A DNA stretch of 54,809 nucleotides, from assembly GCA_001587715.1 (NCBI GenBank), contig LNGC01000001.1, positions 1 through 54,809 of the forward strand, in the 5' to 3' direction. Numbering within the stretch: the first letter of the stretch is position 1; each line of letters begins with the position of its first letter. The position numbers were made by a program, and so were the translations under genes. The DNA comes from Candidatus Methanofastidiosum methylothiophilum (GTDB lineage: Archaea > Methanobacteriota_B > Thermococci > Methanofastidiosales > Methanofastidiosaceae). The notes beneath the pieces are model-generated. The model was not told the origin of the DNA and made no database searches. It worked only from the letters and a program-made list of their open reading frames with translations. Shown in pieces: positions 42,034 through 51,638 of the stretch.

Positions 42034-43062
42034 TTATGTTGGTTTAGCTTTATTAAGCCAGGCTACAGTAGCTGCCTCCTCATTCTCATAGGTACAATCC
42101 CCTCTCATGCTGAGGACATTCTTAATCTGCCTGTTATCTATATCCTTCTGGTTTTCTATAGTAACCTGCCTCCATAATCCCCATGGCATATTACTAGGTT
42201 TACTCAGGAGAGCAGGGATCTTAGATACTGTAGTAAATGTAGTGTCATCAAAGGCAGGAACTGAAACTATAGGAATATTCTTATACACTACAGGAGCATT
42301 ACCTGTAATAGCATTATCCCCTAATACAGTACCTCTAGCTGCTAATATATCTCGGTACATATCCTCCACATCAGCAGGAACATAGAACCTGTAATTAGTC
42401 CTATCAGATAAGTACTTGTTAGGAGTAGCTTTCATCAGAGCTTTAAAGATAGCTATAGGATCATAATCCCCATCACTATCTGTAGGGTTAAAGTCTGCAT
42501 CATCAGCTCCAGTAGTAGATTCAAGTCCATAGATCTGATTACCAGCTTTTTTAAGCCATCCATTCCCTATACTCATGATCTTACTAACCCTACTAGTACT
42601 CCAGGTAATAGCACTATCCATATATAGGAAAGTTTTTTCTATATCCCTACTGGCAGCAGCTCCAAACAGATCGATAGTAGTGTTTTCAAAGGCTGCCTGT
42701 TCAAGGTTATCCTCTAAGGTGTCATAGTCTAACCTTAACCTGGCTATTAATTCCTTAGCTACCAGGGTGTTAGTTTTAACCTCTACCTCTGCATCATTTG
42801 ATACTGATCTTTTATTTCCATCAGCATCTCTACCAGGTTCCAGGATTCCATCATTCATTTCTATCCTGTCTATATTTTTCTGGAAACTTTTCATAGGCTG
42901 GTATCTTGCCTCATTCAGTATAGGGCTGGATTCAGCCACTACCCTTACAAACCTATCTAATTTCTCAACATTGAGGATCCCTTCATCTAGATCCCCTACA
43001 TCCACTAATTTAAAAGCTTTATTATTCCATATTGCATCTAACATTTTTGTAGCTGCGATCAT
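42034..43062 (-). CDS. major capsid protein (HK97-fold type by size and synteny)
   Basis: 342 aa. It directly follows the protease/scaffold gene. Canonical start motif. No fold check was possible. Confidence 0.7.
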   Translation of the reverse strand: MIAATKMLDAIWNNKAFKLVDVGDLDEGILNVEKLDRFVRVVAESSPILNEARYQPMKSFQKNIDRIEMNDGILEPGRDADGNKRSVSNDAEVEVKTNTLVAKELIARLRLDYDTLEDNLEQAAFENTTIDLFGAAASRDIEKTFLYMDSAITWSTSRVSKIMSIGNGWLKKAGNQIYGLESTTGADDADFNPTDSDGDYDPIAIFKALMKATPNKYLSDRTNYRFYVPADVEDMYRDILAARGTVLGDNAITGNAPVVYKNIPIVSVPAFDDTTFTTVSKIPALLSKPSNMPWGLWRQVTIENQKDIDNRQIKNVLSMRGDCTYENEEAATVAWLNKAKPT

Positions 43063-43120
43063 ATAGCCACCTCCAATTTAATATAAAAAAAATTTAACAA
43101 ACTTTTTTTAGGCAGTCCTT

Positions 43121-44809
43121 TTACCCTTTTAAAGGTCTGCCCATACCATCCCTGCCAATCCTCTCCATAAAGGATTTATTAGCAGGTTTCTTTTTACTAG
43201 AACCCTCCGGCTCTTTTAAACCGTTGCTATCTACAGGTTCCCCTAGTTTTTCTTTAATAGATGCTAGTTCTCCCTCTAGTTTTTCTACTTTTTTCTCTGA
43301 GGTTTCTAGTTTTTTCTCTAGTTCTTTAGTAGCTGCTGGTTTAGGTTTAGGATCTGATTTAGTAGAGTTATCTGTAGGCTCTGTTTTAGTAGGTTCTCCA
43401 TCAGGCTCTGATTTAGTAGATTCATCAGGATCTACATCTTTTAGAACCTGGGCTTTAATAGCATCTATCCCCTCAGTTAAAGGTTTTAGTTTCTCATCTA
43501 ACCTCTTATCCACTTTCTCATTAAACTCATTCTCATCCATTTTATCTACCTCCATTAAAAATTTATCTACTACTGTAGGAGTAGTAGGATCTTTCCTCTC
43601 CTCAGTAGCTCTATTTAATAATTTATTTAAGTCATCTAAGCCTTTACTGATTTTCTCTTTAATGTTCTGTATCTGAGTAAAAGTAGTATCACTAAAGCTC
43701 CTACCTACCTTACTAGCAGCTTTAATACTGGTAGCTATGGCATTAGGAACACATGGATTATCCACTAAAGCTATACTTACAGCTACTGGATCATCTAACT
43801 CATTAATTAAAACTCTCTTATCAGCACCAACTAACTCACATATCTTAATAGCTCTCTTATCAGCACTAAGAAGCTTTAACAATTCATCAGCATCTTTCCT
43901 ACTAAGGTAAGATCCACTAGCTCCAGTAAGTGTACCCTCCTCTACCTGCTGCCAGGTAGCATCATCAGTAACTTTAATAGTAGTCATCCAGGTACCCCTA
44001 GGGAGGGTTACAGTTTCCCCTTTAACATTAGTAACAGTTTCATCAGCTTTAGTAGTCCAGTTCTCTACAGATTCACCAACTATATCCCCTGTACTGTTTA
44101 ATATGTGCATTTTATCAGCTAACCGGAAGTTAGCATTATACTCTCTACAGAATTTAGCCACTTCATCCTCTGTAAATATTTTCTCTCCCCTGTTAAAATC
44201 ACAATCAGCACAGCCAGGGAGCATAACCGGGGTAGTAACCTCTCTCTTTACTTCATCCTTAGTAACAAACCCCATTTTCACAGCTTCAAAGGTTTTAACC
44301 TCTACTACTGGAGTAGGTTCTCCTAAGATAACATTCCCATCACTATCCATGGTATAGGGAAAGTTAAATAAAGCTCTGCTATACTCATAAGTTACAGGAT
44401 CCTCAGTTCCTACTGATGCAATGACATGATCAGGATAAGTAGCCTGGATATAAACATACTGATTAACACCTAACATAGAGTTAATAGCATTCTTTATTTT
44501 AGATTTTAACTCCTCATAACTACCATCAGCCTCAGCATACTTAACAGCCTCATAACTAGTAACCTCTTTAACCTCTACAGCCTCCCCTAACTCCAAACCT
44601 TTCTCAGAATTAGTAAAAGGTACCTTAAAATTTTTAGCAGTATTGAAATCATATATTATAGATTCTCCTGCTGTTACTGGTGCCTCTGGTATTATATCCT
44701 GTACCCATATATCACTATTACCTACCTGATTCTCCCTGATCTGAGAATCAATCTGATCCATTAGTTCATTGAAACTCCCAGGTACAGCAGCTTTTTTACT
44801 ACCTTTCAA
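43121..44809 (-). CDS. XkdF-like putative prohead protease fused to a coiled-coil scaffold-like C-terminus
   Basis: 562 aa, TTG start after GGAGGT. The central TTPVMLPGCADCDFNRGEKIFTEDEVAKFCREYNANFRLADKMH resembles the XkdF/S78_2 pattern. The C-terminal 150 aa are Lys/Glu-rich coiled coil. Confidence 0.55.
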   Translation of the reverse strand: MKGSKKAAVPGSFNELMDQIDSQIRENQVGNSDIWVQDIIPEAPVTAGESIIYDFNTAKNFKVPFTNSEKGLELGEAVEVKEVTSYEAVKYAEADGSYEELKSKIKNAINSMLGVNQYVYIQATYPDHVIASVGTEDPVTYEYSRALFNFPYTMDSDGNVILGEPTPVVEVKTFEAVKMGFVTKDEVKREVTTPVMLPGCADCDFNRGEKIFTEDEVAKFCREYNANFRLADKMHILNSTGDIVGESVENWTTKADETVTNVKGETVTLPRGTWMTTIKVTDDATWQQVEEGTLTGASGSYLSRKDADELLKLLSADKRAIKICELVGADKRVLINELDDPVAVSIALVDNPCVPNAIATSIKAASKVGRSFSDTTFTQIQNIKEKISKGLDDLNKLLNRATEERKDPTTPTVVDKFLMEVDKMDENEFNEKVDKRLDEKLKPLTEGIDAIKAQVLKDVDPDESTKSEPDGEPTKTEPTDNSTKSDPKPKPAATKELEKKLETSEKKVEKLEGELASIKEKLGEPVDSNGLKEPEGSSKKKPANKSFMERIGRDGMGRPLKG

Positions 44810-44863
44810 AATATAAACCTCCTTTACAGTTAATCCAAAAAAAATAGAAATAAGAAAATAATT

Positions 44864-45037
44864 TTAATCAGTTTGTAAAGCTCTCCTATGACATTTAGGA
44901 CATTTACACCCTGCTAGTTTACCTTTATACTTACCCCTTTCTGAGCATTTACCACCATCTTTTTTTATCTGCTCCAGGATCTCCTTTAGGGTAGAGTAAT
45001 CATCAGTTTCATAACCACATACACAATAAGCAAACAT
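44864..45037 (-). CDS. zinc-ribbon protein (57 aa)
   Basis: Hand translation MFAYCVCGYETDDYSTLKEILEQIKKDGGKCSERGKYKGKLAGCKCPKCHRRALQTD*. GGGGGGA lies upstream. Confidence 0.45.
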   Translation of the reverse strand: MFAYCVCGYETDDYSTLKEILEQIKKDGGKCSERGKYKGKLAGCKCPKCHRRALQTD

Positions 45038-45053
45038 CTAAAATCCCCCCTTT

Positions 45054-45941
45054 CTATGTGTAATTACTTTCTAAACTAGCTAATCTAATATTCATGAATC
45101 TGCATCTACACCATGGATGAGGTTCTACAGGCTCATTCCAGATACTATAAGGGCTGTTAGCCTCTAATTCTAGGCAGGTTTCACATACCTTATCATCTCC
45201 AGCAGAGATCCAATCTCCTATAAGATCTCCTAGTATGGCTGCTCCTAGTTCCAGGGTTAAAAATTGTCCTAACTCTGTACTTTTAAACCATCCATACCAT
45301 CCTGTTTTATCTAATCTCTGCTGAGCTTCGTTAAATGCTCTGTTAATAAATGAGAGATCTGGTTTATAATCAGGTCTGGTAAGCCCATTAAGATCCTCTA
45401 ATAATATGCCCTGTTTGAGCTTATTCTCCAGGGTAGTTAGTATATCTTTTATACTATGGTTCTGCTGTTGTCTTATAAGGGCTAAATCTCCTGATGAGGG
45501 ATTTTGTTTTTTAATCTTACCATCAATAGCCTTTAAATCTTGATTAGCCTCTGTTACAGCTTTACTAAAAAATTTAGCTGTATATTTATCTACAACATTA
45601 CTAGCCTTAGTATCAGCATCATTTATCAGGTCCTCTATCTTACTGAATTTCTGATCTGAGGTTAATTCTGTACTCTCTGCTATTTTGGTACAGGCTGCAA
45701 ATATACTACCTATCAGAGCTATTATTTCATTACGATAATCCAGCTCCTCCTGAGTAGGTTCTCCCTCTCCTGCATCTGGATCAGCTTCAAAATCAGGATC
45801 ATCTGTAGCATCTTTTAGAGCATATTTAGTAGGGTAATCTTTACAGATACATTTCTCAGCAGATTTAGGTTTTTCCTGTAAGTTTTTTAACTGCTCTGCT
45901 GAATACCTTACCTTTTGAGCTATCTCCTTCCATGGATTCAT
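45054..45941 (-). CDS. head morphogenesis protein (Mu gpF / SPP1 gp7-like)
   Basis: The C-terminus DKVCETCLELEANSPYSIWNEPVEPHPWCRCRF matches the family signature (C..C ... P.HP.CRC). It follows the portal gene. Canonical start motif. Confidence 0.75.
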   Translation of the reverse strand: MNPWKEIAQKVRYSAEQLKNLQEKPKSAEKCICKDYPTKYALKDATDDPDFEADPDAGEGEPTQEELDYRNEIIALIGSIFAACTKIAESTELTSDQKFSKIEDLINDADTKASNVVDKYTAKFFSKAVTEANQDLKAIDGKIKKQNPSSGDLALIRQQQNHSIKDILTTLENKLKQGILLEDLNGLTRPDYKPDLSFINRAFNEAQQRLDKTGWYGWFKSTELGQFLTLELGAAILGDLIGDWISAGDDKVCETCLELEANSPYSIWNEPVEPHPWCRCRFMNIRLASLESNYT

Positions 45942-47433
45942 ATTTTATAGCCACCTCATCAATCTGCTCCCCTAAATCTTCTAATATTTTAATTACCGGC
46001 TCAGGTATAGCTCCCTCTGGCTGGTAATCTATAGCTTGTCCATTTATATAGTGAGCATTCATAGCAGGATGATCAACCTCTTTAAGCCCTAACCGATCTC
46101 CCCATTTTCTAATAAACTCATTAGGAGTCATACCTCCATTAGTGATAGCTAATGTGCTGAGGTTCATCTCCTGAGTTTCATCCTCTGTATTTATGCTGAT
46201 TAACTTGATTTTATGATCTGTAATCCCCAATCCATTTTTTATAACATGGATATTCAGGTAAGCTTCCAGTAACCTCTGATCTGGAACTACTGTACCCTCT
46301 TTATAATTCTTTTTAGTTTCAGATCCTAAGTTTCCCCCTAAACTGCCTATTGGTAAAATACCTGCTCTGTAAGGATCCATCTTATTAGCTGTAACTATTT
46401 CATCCCTATTATCCATCCTATACAGTCTAAAAGCACTTTCTTTAACCTCTACAGATAACCGTTCAAATTTAACCTCTACATTACTGGATTCTGTAGCTGT
46501 ATCACTAGTAGGAATACTAATAACCATGGTACTATGAGGCTTCTCTATTATGCTCCTCATCTGATCCTCTATCATATTCTGCATAGTAGATCTGCCAGTA
46601 GGTTTATTAGTTTCAGGATCTAGTATGGGTTTATCCTCAAAATCTCCAGTAATAAAGATAGCATATTCAGGGATCCCATAGTTACGGAAGAAATAAATAT
46701 TATATTCTACTGCTGAAATATCCCCTATAATTGTTTTTAGGGCTGGTACAATATCAGGAGAACCATAATAGGTACTGAGAGGGGTATAGTTAATATCAAA
46801 AATGATTTCTGTAGCTCTCTGCTGAGGGGGTAAGAAGCCTAAAGGATATTCTATACCTGTATCTTTATCTACATCTTTACCATATCCGATCCTTTTAAAC
46901 CATCTTTTTTTAACCCCATCCCATGACTGGAGGTATTTATTCCCATCTTTATGTATTCTGAAAGTATGGGAGGGTAGATGATTTATCCTCTGGAACTCAC
47001 TAGCTGCCAGGTTTCCTATTCTTAAACATTCAAGTACTCCCCATCCTACAGCAGCTTTATCTGTACTGCTCCTGGTAAGTACCTCCTCAAATACAGGTAA
47101 ACTATTATTTATTAACTCCTGGATCCGATCCTTATTAGCAGGGTTAGGCTTATCCCCTACTCCCTGTATCAGGTATCCTAATCCTCCTACATCAGTTCCC
47201 CTTTGTTTTACACATCGTGCATGATATGTATTCAGTTCTAATAATTTGATTAAGGCTTTAGGATTGTAAAGAGGTTCTTTAACTCCATCTATGGAGTAAT
47301 CAAACTCATCCTCTTTTAATCCTCTGCTCTCCTCAATCTCAGGATCTGCTGATTTAATAGCATACTGTTCTAATGTTTCAGTTAATACTACTGATCCTCC
47401 TTTAGTAGCATAAGCATAAGGTTTACCAGTCAT
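45865..47433 (-). CDS. portal protein
   Basis: 522 aa, immediately after TerL with a TAATG overlap. YGSPDIVPAL...YNIYFFRNYGIPEYAIFITGDF is typical of the portal core. Confidence 0.8.
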   Translation of the reverse strand: MTGKPYAYATKGGSVVLTETLEQYAIKSADPEIEESRGLKEDEFDYSIDGVKEPLYNPKALIKLLELNTYHARCVKQRGTDVGGLGYLIQGVGDKPNPANKDRIQELINNSLPVFEEVLTRSSTDKAAVGWGVLECLRIGNLAASEFQRINHLPSHTFRIHKDGNKYLQSWDGVKKRWFKRIGYGKDVDKDTGIEYPLGFLPPQQRATEIIFDINYTPLSTYYGSPDIVPALKTIIGDISAVEYNIYFFRNYGIPEYAIFITGDFEDKPILDPETNKPTGRSTMQNMIEDQMRSIIEKPHSTMVISIPTSDTATESSNVEVKFERLSVEVKESAFRLYRMDNRDEIVTANKMDPYRAGILPIGSLGGNLGSETKKNYKEGTVVPDQRLLEAYLNIHVIKNGLGITDHKIKLISINTEDETQEMNLSTLAITNGGMTPNEFIRKWGDRLGLKEVDHPAMNAHYINGQAIDYQPEGAIPEPVIKILEDLGEQIDEVAIKYESMEGDSSKGKVFSRAVKKLTGKT

Positions 47434-48998
47434 TATCTAGCTCCTCCATAAACTGTAGCTCTTTTCCTTATTCTAGTTAGCTGAGAATAAGCACCTGATG
47501 TAGCATCTACCTGATCCTTCCATTCTCCCCCTGGAAAGAGAGTATGCTCCTCTATAAATTCTTTATTCCATCTCCCTCTTAGGAGATACATGTTATTAAT
47601 CTCTATATGCTCTGCTACATTCTCAGCTCTATCCTCTTTACTTCCAACTTCTCTAATGAGCTTAAAATTATATCCTAATAATAATCTGCTGTATGTTAGT
47701 TCCTGGTCCTCTGAGGCTTGACCTGGATCTTTACCTCCTCTGATCCAGAAAATATTAGGTTCATCATACCATTCTCCCCATCGTTTCCTATCACTTTCAG
47801 CAGTTTTAACTACTTTTTTCCTTACTCCTGCTGGAGATTTTTGGAAAAATTTACTATCAAAACACCATAGATCCCTATCCTCTGTAATTCCTAGGAGTAC
47901 TCCTGCTGTTCTAGCATATTTACCCCCTGATTTCATGGCTTCTTTTTTCTTTTTACTGGCTAAATCCCACCATCGGATCATCCTAATTAGATCCTCTGGA
48001 GGTTCATCTTTAATTTTAAACCATGATTCATGAAACATATCCCCCTCATCTTCTATAGGGGTACCCATATACTCACTAAGCCATGATTTATGAGGAGTCC
48101 TCCCCTTTTTAAGGGTTAATTGTTTTAGGGGGTGTAAGTCTTCGCATAAGGCAGCTCCTTTAGCCCTATGCCAGAGAGTAGTTCCATTTAATTTTAGTAT
48201 TTCTCTTTTTGGAGCTATAGCTGGTAAATTTAATACTACCCATTCATCATTATCTAGGATCTCATTTCTCTGAAAAACTTTAAGAGCCTCTTCTATTGTT
48301 AGGCAGTCCTCAGCTTTCTGTATCCTTCCTGCTAAATCAAATAAATCCCACCGAGTTTGAATCAGAGCCATTATGCCCTTTTTACTCAGCCTAGGATCAG
48401 CACTATCAGTATAAAATTCATAAACATTCTGCTGGATTACTTTACTTCTAGCTTCCTTTCTGCCTTTATGAGGATCATCTATTGTAACACAATCTCCAGG
48501 GAGTCCTGTAAAAGCCCCATCACTTCCAGCAGTACTCATACTCCCCCTATATCCTTTTAGCTCCCATTCATTAGCAGCCTGTTTAGATGGATCTAGTTCT
48601 AAATTAAATAGGGGTTTGAAATATTCTTTAACTAACTCCCTAACTCTCCTACCCCATCTGTTAGCTACTCCTGCCTCATAACTAGCTAGTAGGAGTCTAT
48701 CATCAGGGTGATTAGCTATCTGCCAGGCTTGAAAATACTTACTTATTAGCTCTGATTTTCCATGTTGAGGAGGCATACTCACCATGAACCGGGTAAACCA
48801 CCTGGCATCTAAATATAAAAGAAATCTGTTTAATAATCTAAGATGAGGGTAAAAATTCCATACATCCCTAGTATAACCTGTTAATACCCCTGCCATAGTA
48901 GCAGGACTAATCAGAGCTTGAGAAGACTTTACTGATAAACTCTGTAGCATCTGCTCTAAGGTTTGGGTCCTGGAGGATGATCTTAATAGGTCCATCAC
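47433..48998 (-). CDS. terL: terminase large subunit
   Basis: 521 aa. Walker A-like PPQHGKSE, Walker B-like GDCVTIDDPHKG, and a C-terminal nuclease-size domain. An alternative start at ATG 48896 would remove the 92-nt overlap with TerS. Confidence 0.85.
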   Translation of the reverse strand: MMDLLRSSSRTQTLEQMLQSLSVKSSQALISPATMAGVLTGYTRDVWNFYPHLRLLNRFLLYLDARWFTRFMVSMPPQHGKSELISKYFQAWQIANHPDDRLLLASYEAGVANRWGRRVRELVKEYFKPLFNLELDPSKQAANEWELKGYRGSMSTAGSDGAFTGLPGDCVTIDDPHKGRKEARSKVIQQNVYEFYTDSADPRLSKKGIMALIQTRWDLFDLAGRIQKAEDCLTIEEALKVFQRNEILDNDEWVVLNLPAIAPKREILKLNGTTLWHRAKGAALCEDLHPLKQLTLKKGRTPHKSWLSEYMGTPIEDEGDMFHESWFKIKDEPPEDLIRMIRWWDLASKKKKEAMKSGGKYARTAGVLLGITEDRDLWCFDSKFFQKSPAGVRKKVVKTAESDRKRWGEWYDEPNIFWIRGGKDPGQASEDQELTYSRLLLGYNFKLIREVGSKEDRAENVAEHIEINNMYLLRGRWNKEFIEEHTLFPGGEWKDQVDATSGAYSQLTRIRKRATVYGGAR

Positions 48999-49446
48999 TC
49001 TCCCCCCCTACATTCTCTATTCTCTGTTCACTTTCTGTTTTTTCTACAGATCTGCCTAGAGCTATGTTACCCTCTTTTTCATAGTTGAGAGCTGCATTAC
49101 TTAATTTAGTTATATTATGATTGTCAATACTAGGATCATCTAATCTATCATTAACTAGTTCTAATCCTTTAGTAGCTATGTCTAAGTTTAGTAAATCAAA
49201 TTCTACAGCTTTATTACTAAACTGTTCTATCTTTTTCTCCTCTATTCTATTGTTTTTTTTAGTTCTGAATATCTCTCTTTTTTCTTTCCATTTTTCTTTA
49301 CTGGATCTGTTCATTAATGTTTTAATTGCAGGTCCATACTTCTCTGATAACTCCTCATGAGATGGGTAATAAAACTCTCCATCCTCATTAGTTAATCCCT
49401 GGATAAAATCATTAGTAATTGAATCCCAATCATATTTAGTAGCCAT
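48907..49446 (-). CDS. terS: terminase small subunit candidate
   Basis: N-terminal HTH-like SHEELSEKYGPAIKTLMNRSSKEKW and a position directly upstream of TerL. I placed the start at ATG 49446 (GGAAGGGA upstream); track start 49488 has no SD. Confidence 0.55.
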   Translation of the reverse strand: MATKYDWDSITNDFIQGLTNEDGEFYYPSHEELSEKYGPAIKTLMNRSSKEKWKEKREIFRTKKNNRIEEKKIEQFSNKAVEFDLLNLDIATKGLELVNDRLDDPSIDNHNITKLSNAALNYEKEGNIALGRSVEKTESEQRIENVGGESDGPIKIILQDPNLRADATEFISKVFSSSD

Positions 49447-49462
49447 AAGGGCATCCCTTCCT

Positions 49463-49570
49463 TTATTTGATATAGAGATAGATCTCATGGATTAATCCTA
49501 GTAAGATTATGAGCAGGATACAATCAATTAAAATAAATAGTATTGTTAGGCTCCAGCCTATAGCATCCAT
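49463..49570 (-). CDS. small membrane peptide (35 aa)
   Basis: Hand translation MDAIGWSLTILFILIDCILLIILLGLIHEIYLYIK*. Canonical GAGGTGGCTATTATG start. Confidence 0.35.
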   Translation of the reverse strand: MDAIGWSLTILFILIDCILLIILLGLIHEIYLYIK

Positions 49571-49581
49571 AATAGCCACCT

Positions 49582-50022
49582 CTAAATAAATGTTGTATAA
49601 ACTTTAATTGCCTCTATAAATATTGTGAATACTGCTCCCATGGCAGCACCTATAAGAATTAATTTAATACTATCTTTAAGCTCTCTCTTTTTTTGGTTTA
49701 AACCTAAGGCTCCTTTTATTTCAGCTATTTCTACCATGACCTCAGTTAATAGCTGTCTTATACTTTTATCCTCAGCCTCAGCCTTCTCCCCAATCTCATG
49801 AGCTTTAGCCCTAATCTCCTGTAATTGCTTATCCCTCTCCCCATTCTCCTTACTTTTAACTCCAAGAGCATCCTTAACTATTTCTAACTCCTCTGTTAAA
49901 AATGTGAATAAATTACTCCCTTTTTTTAACTCTCCCTTAATTCCTTTAACAGATCTACTTAACTTTAAAAAATCCTTCTCATGAATACAGTTACTATTAT
50001 TACAATCCCCATCCCCCTCCAT
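49582..50022 (-). CDS. coiled-coil protein with a C-terminal TM anchor
   Basis: ORF track, 146 aa. It ends LILIGAAMGAVFTIFIEAIKVYTTFI. Canonical start. Confidence 0.5.
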   Translation of the reverse strand: MEGDGDCNNSNCIHEKDFLKLSRSVKGIKGELKKGSNLFTFLTEELEIVKDALGVKSKENGERDKQLQEIRAKAHEIGEKAEAEDKSIRQLLTEVMVEIAEIKGALGLNQKKRELKDSIKLILIGAAMGAVFTIFIEAIKVYTTFI

Positions 50023-50056
50023 ACTATAGCCACCTCTTTATTTAAAAAAAATTAGT

Positions 50057-50467
50057 TTAAGGGTTAGATTTTATAACCCTTTCTCTAACTATTCTCTTTG
50101 CTATCTGTACTCTCTGCTCTGTAGTAATCTGATATAGTACAGCAAATACTAGAACTGCTATAGGAACATAAACAGCAGGTATAGCACCCATTATAACAGC
50201 CTGGTATAGTATCACTATAGGAGCTACAGCATATACCACATTCAAGATCCAGGTAACATAACCTAACCTTTTAATAGTTTCAACTGCCTCAGTAACTCTC
50301 TTATCACTAGCATACTTACTCAGTATAGCCAGGAATAGCTGTACTGCTATTAACAGCTCTGGGCTGTAATCATTAACATAACCTAAAATCACTACCTGGA
50401 AAAACAAAATAACAGGTATTAAAGCTAACAATATTGTAGTAATCCAATCAAAAAATTTAAGATTCAT
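50057..50467 (-). CDS. 4-TM membrane protein (holin-like candidate)
   Basis: ORF track, 136 aa with four hydrophobic spans. GGGAGGT SD. It is the first gene after a 436-bp non-coding region. Confidence 0.55.
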   Translation of the reverse strand: MNLKFFDWITTILLALIPVILFFQVVILGYVNDYSPELLIAVQLFLAILSKYASDKRVTEAVETIKRLGYVTWILNVVYAVAPIVILYQAVIMGAIPAVYVPIAVLVFAVLYQITTEQRVQIAKRIVRERVIKSNP

Positions 50468-50755
50468 CCTAAAAAAACCTCCCTTTTTGAAAATATTTTT
50501 TTTTTATAATGGAGCTGGGAAAAAAAATTTTATTATATGAGGTGATTTGTTGGCTGAAAAAACCAGCTCCAATATAAAAAAAGTGATAGAGTATTAGCCA
50601 CCTCTAAAAAGGGGGAGATACTCAGGGATCTAACTAGTTACTCCAGAGAGGGTATAGAAAAATAAAAGGAGTAAATAGTTAAATAATTTTTTTTTAGAGT
50701 ACTCCCCCTTACTATATATATGCTACTTAGTGAGAACATCCCAAAAAAAAGGGAA

Positions 50756-50763
50756 TATATAAA
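50756..50763 (-). promoter_or_regulatory. consensus TTTATATA box on the minus strand (candidate late-operon promoter)
   Basis: Reverse complement of tataaa... at 50756-50763. It lies inside the non-coding gap upstream of the membrane/packaging/structural genes, but the implied leader is about 260 nt. Confidence 0.25.
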
Positions 50764-50903
50764 GGCTTTAAATCCAGTATAACCCTCCCATATTCTCTCT
50801 AGAAAATAGTAGGAAAAAAACTCCTAAAAATCTCCCAAAAAAATCCCTGGAACTAGGGATATGTTTTACAATTTAAAAGTTAATAATTAAATAAAATAAT
50901 ATA

Positions 50904-51638
50904 TTATTCATTCTCTTTTACCTTAGGAGTTAATGGATGATCAAGTAAAAAATACCCTAATCGCTCTACAATCCTGGTATATTTTTTATCAGTTAAACCT
51001 ATCCCTTTAAGGAACTTGTTAGAACCTATGTTTATTTTTCTATGATCTTTTCTCATTACATATACTGCTAGGGCTGCTATTATTATTTCATAGCTACAGT
51101 TTGCACATAGATCTTTTAAGCTGATGTTACTGATGATATGTTTTATACTTGTTTTTTGCCAGGCTGTCATCATGAACTCTGTATTTACTACTCCTATGTA
51201 TCGTATGTACTGGGATTTTCTGTATTCTTTTGGATCTTCTTTTTTGGTTTCATAGTATTTTATTAGTTTGCCGATGTCCTGGAACTGTTCATTTTTTACT
51301 CGTTCTCCTTCTATTAATTTTGTACTAGTAACCTCTGCATTTAACTCTCTCTTTGATACTAAGCATCCTGGTAGTTTATCATTAGTTACTATGTTAATAT
51401 CAGCCACCTCATCAATATAACTTTCAAAATAGTATTTATCCCCCTCTCCTACATGGTGGATTAGTACTTTTTTTGTTACTATTCCACAGTTTCCACAGAA
51501 CCAAACCCCCTCTTTAATATCTTTTCTTTCTGTTACTATGTTGTTACATCTTTTACAGATTGTAATCTCAGATATTAGTTTTTTAACCTCTTTTCTGGAG
51601 GTTAATCTGGGAGCTAGGCTAATTGTATAGCACCCCAA
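50904..51638 (-). CDS. Zn-ribbon protein with a possible TFB/TFIIB-like cyclin-fold C-terminus; start unresolved
   Basis: CKRCNN-x17-CGNCG ribbon, then ...EIIIAALAVYVMRKDHRKINIGSNKFLKGIGLTDKKYTRIVERLGYFL, reminiscent of a TFB cyclin repeat. The only in-frame start is TTG 51638, which has no SD. The canonical motif+ATG at 51661 is out of frame. Confidence 0.5.
   Translation of the reverse strand: MGCYTISLAPRLTSRKEVKKLISEITICKRCNNIVTERKDIKEGVWFCGNCGIVTKKVLIHHVGEGDKYYFESYIDEVADINIVTNDKLPGCLVSKRELNAEVTSTKLIEGERVKNEQFQDIGKLIKYYETKKEDPKEYRKSQYIRYIGVVNTEFMMTAWQKTSIKHIISNISLKDLCANCSYEIIIAALAVYVMRKDHRKINIGSNKFLKGIGLTDKKYTRIVERLGYFLLDHPLTPKVKENE

Noticed and set aside
48907-48998. 92-nt TerS/TerL overlap and 77-nt portal/Mu-F overlap (45865-45941), considered as programmed frameshift sites.
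   Set aside because: Each downstream gene has its own SD or start motif inside the overlap (GGGGGAGAGTG-ATG and GAGGTGGCTATAAAAT-ATG). TerL also has an alternative non-overlapping ATG at 48896. Ordinary overlapping genes are the simpler explanation.
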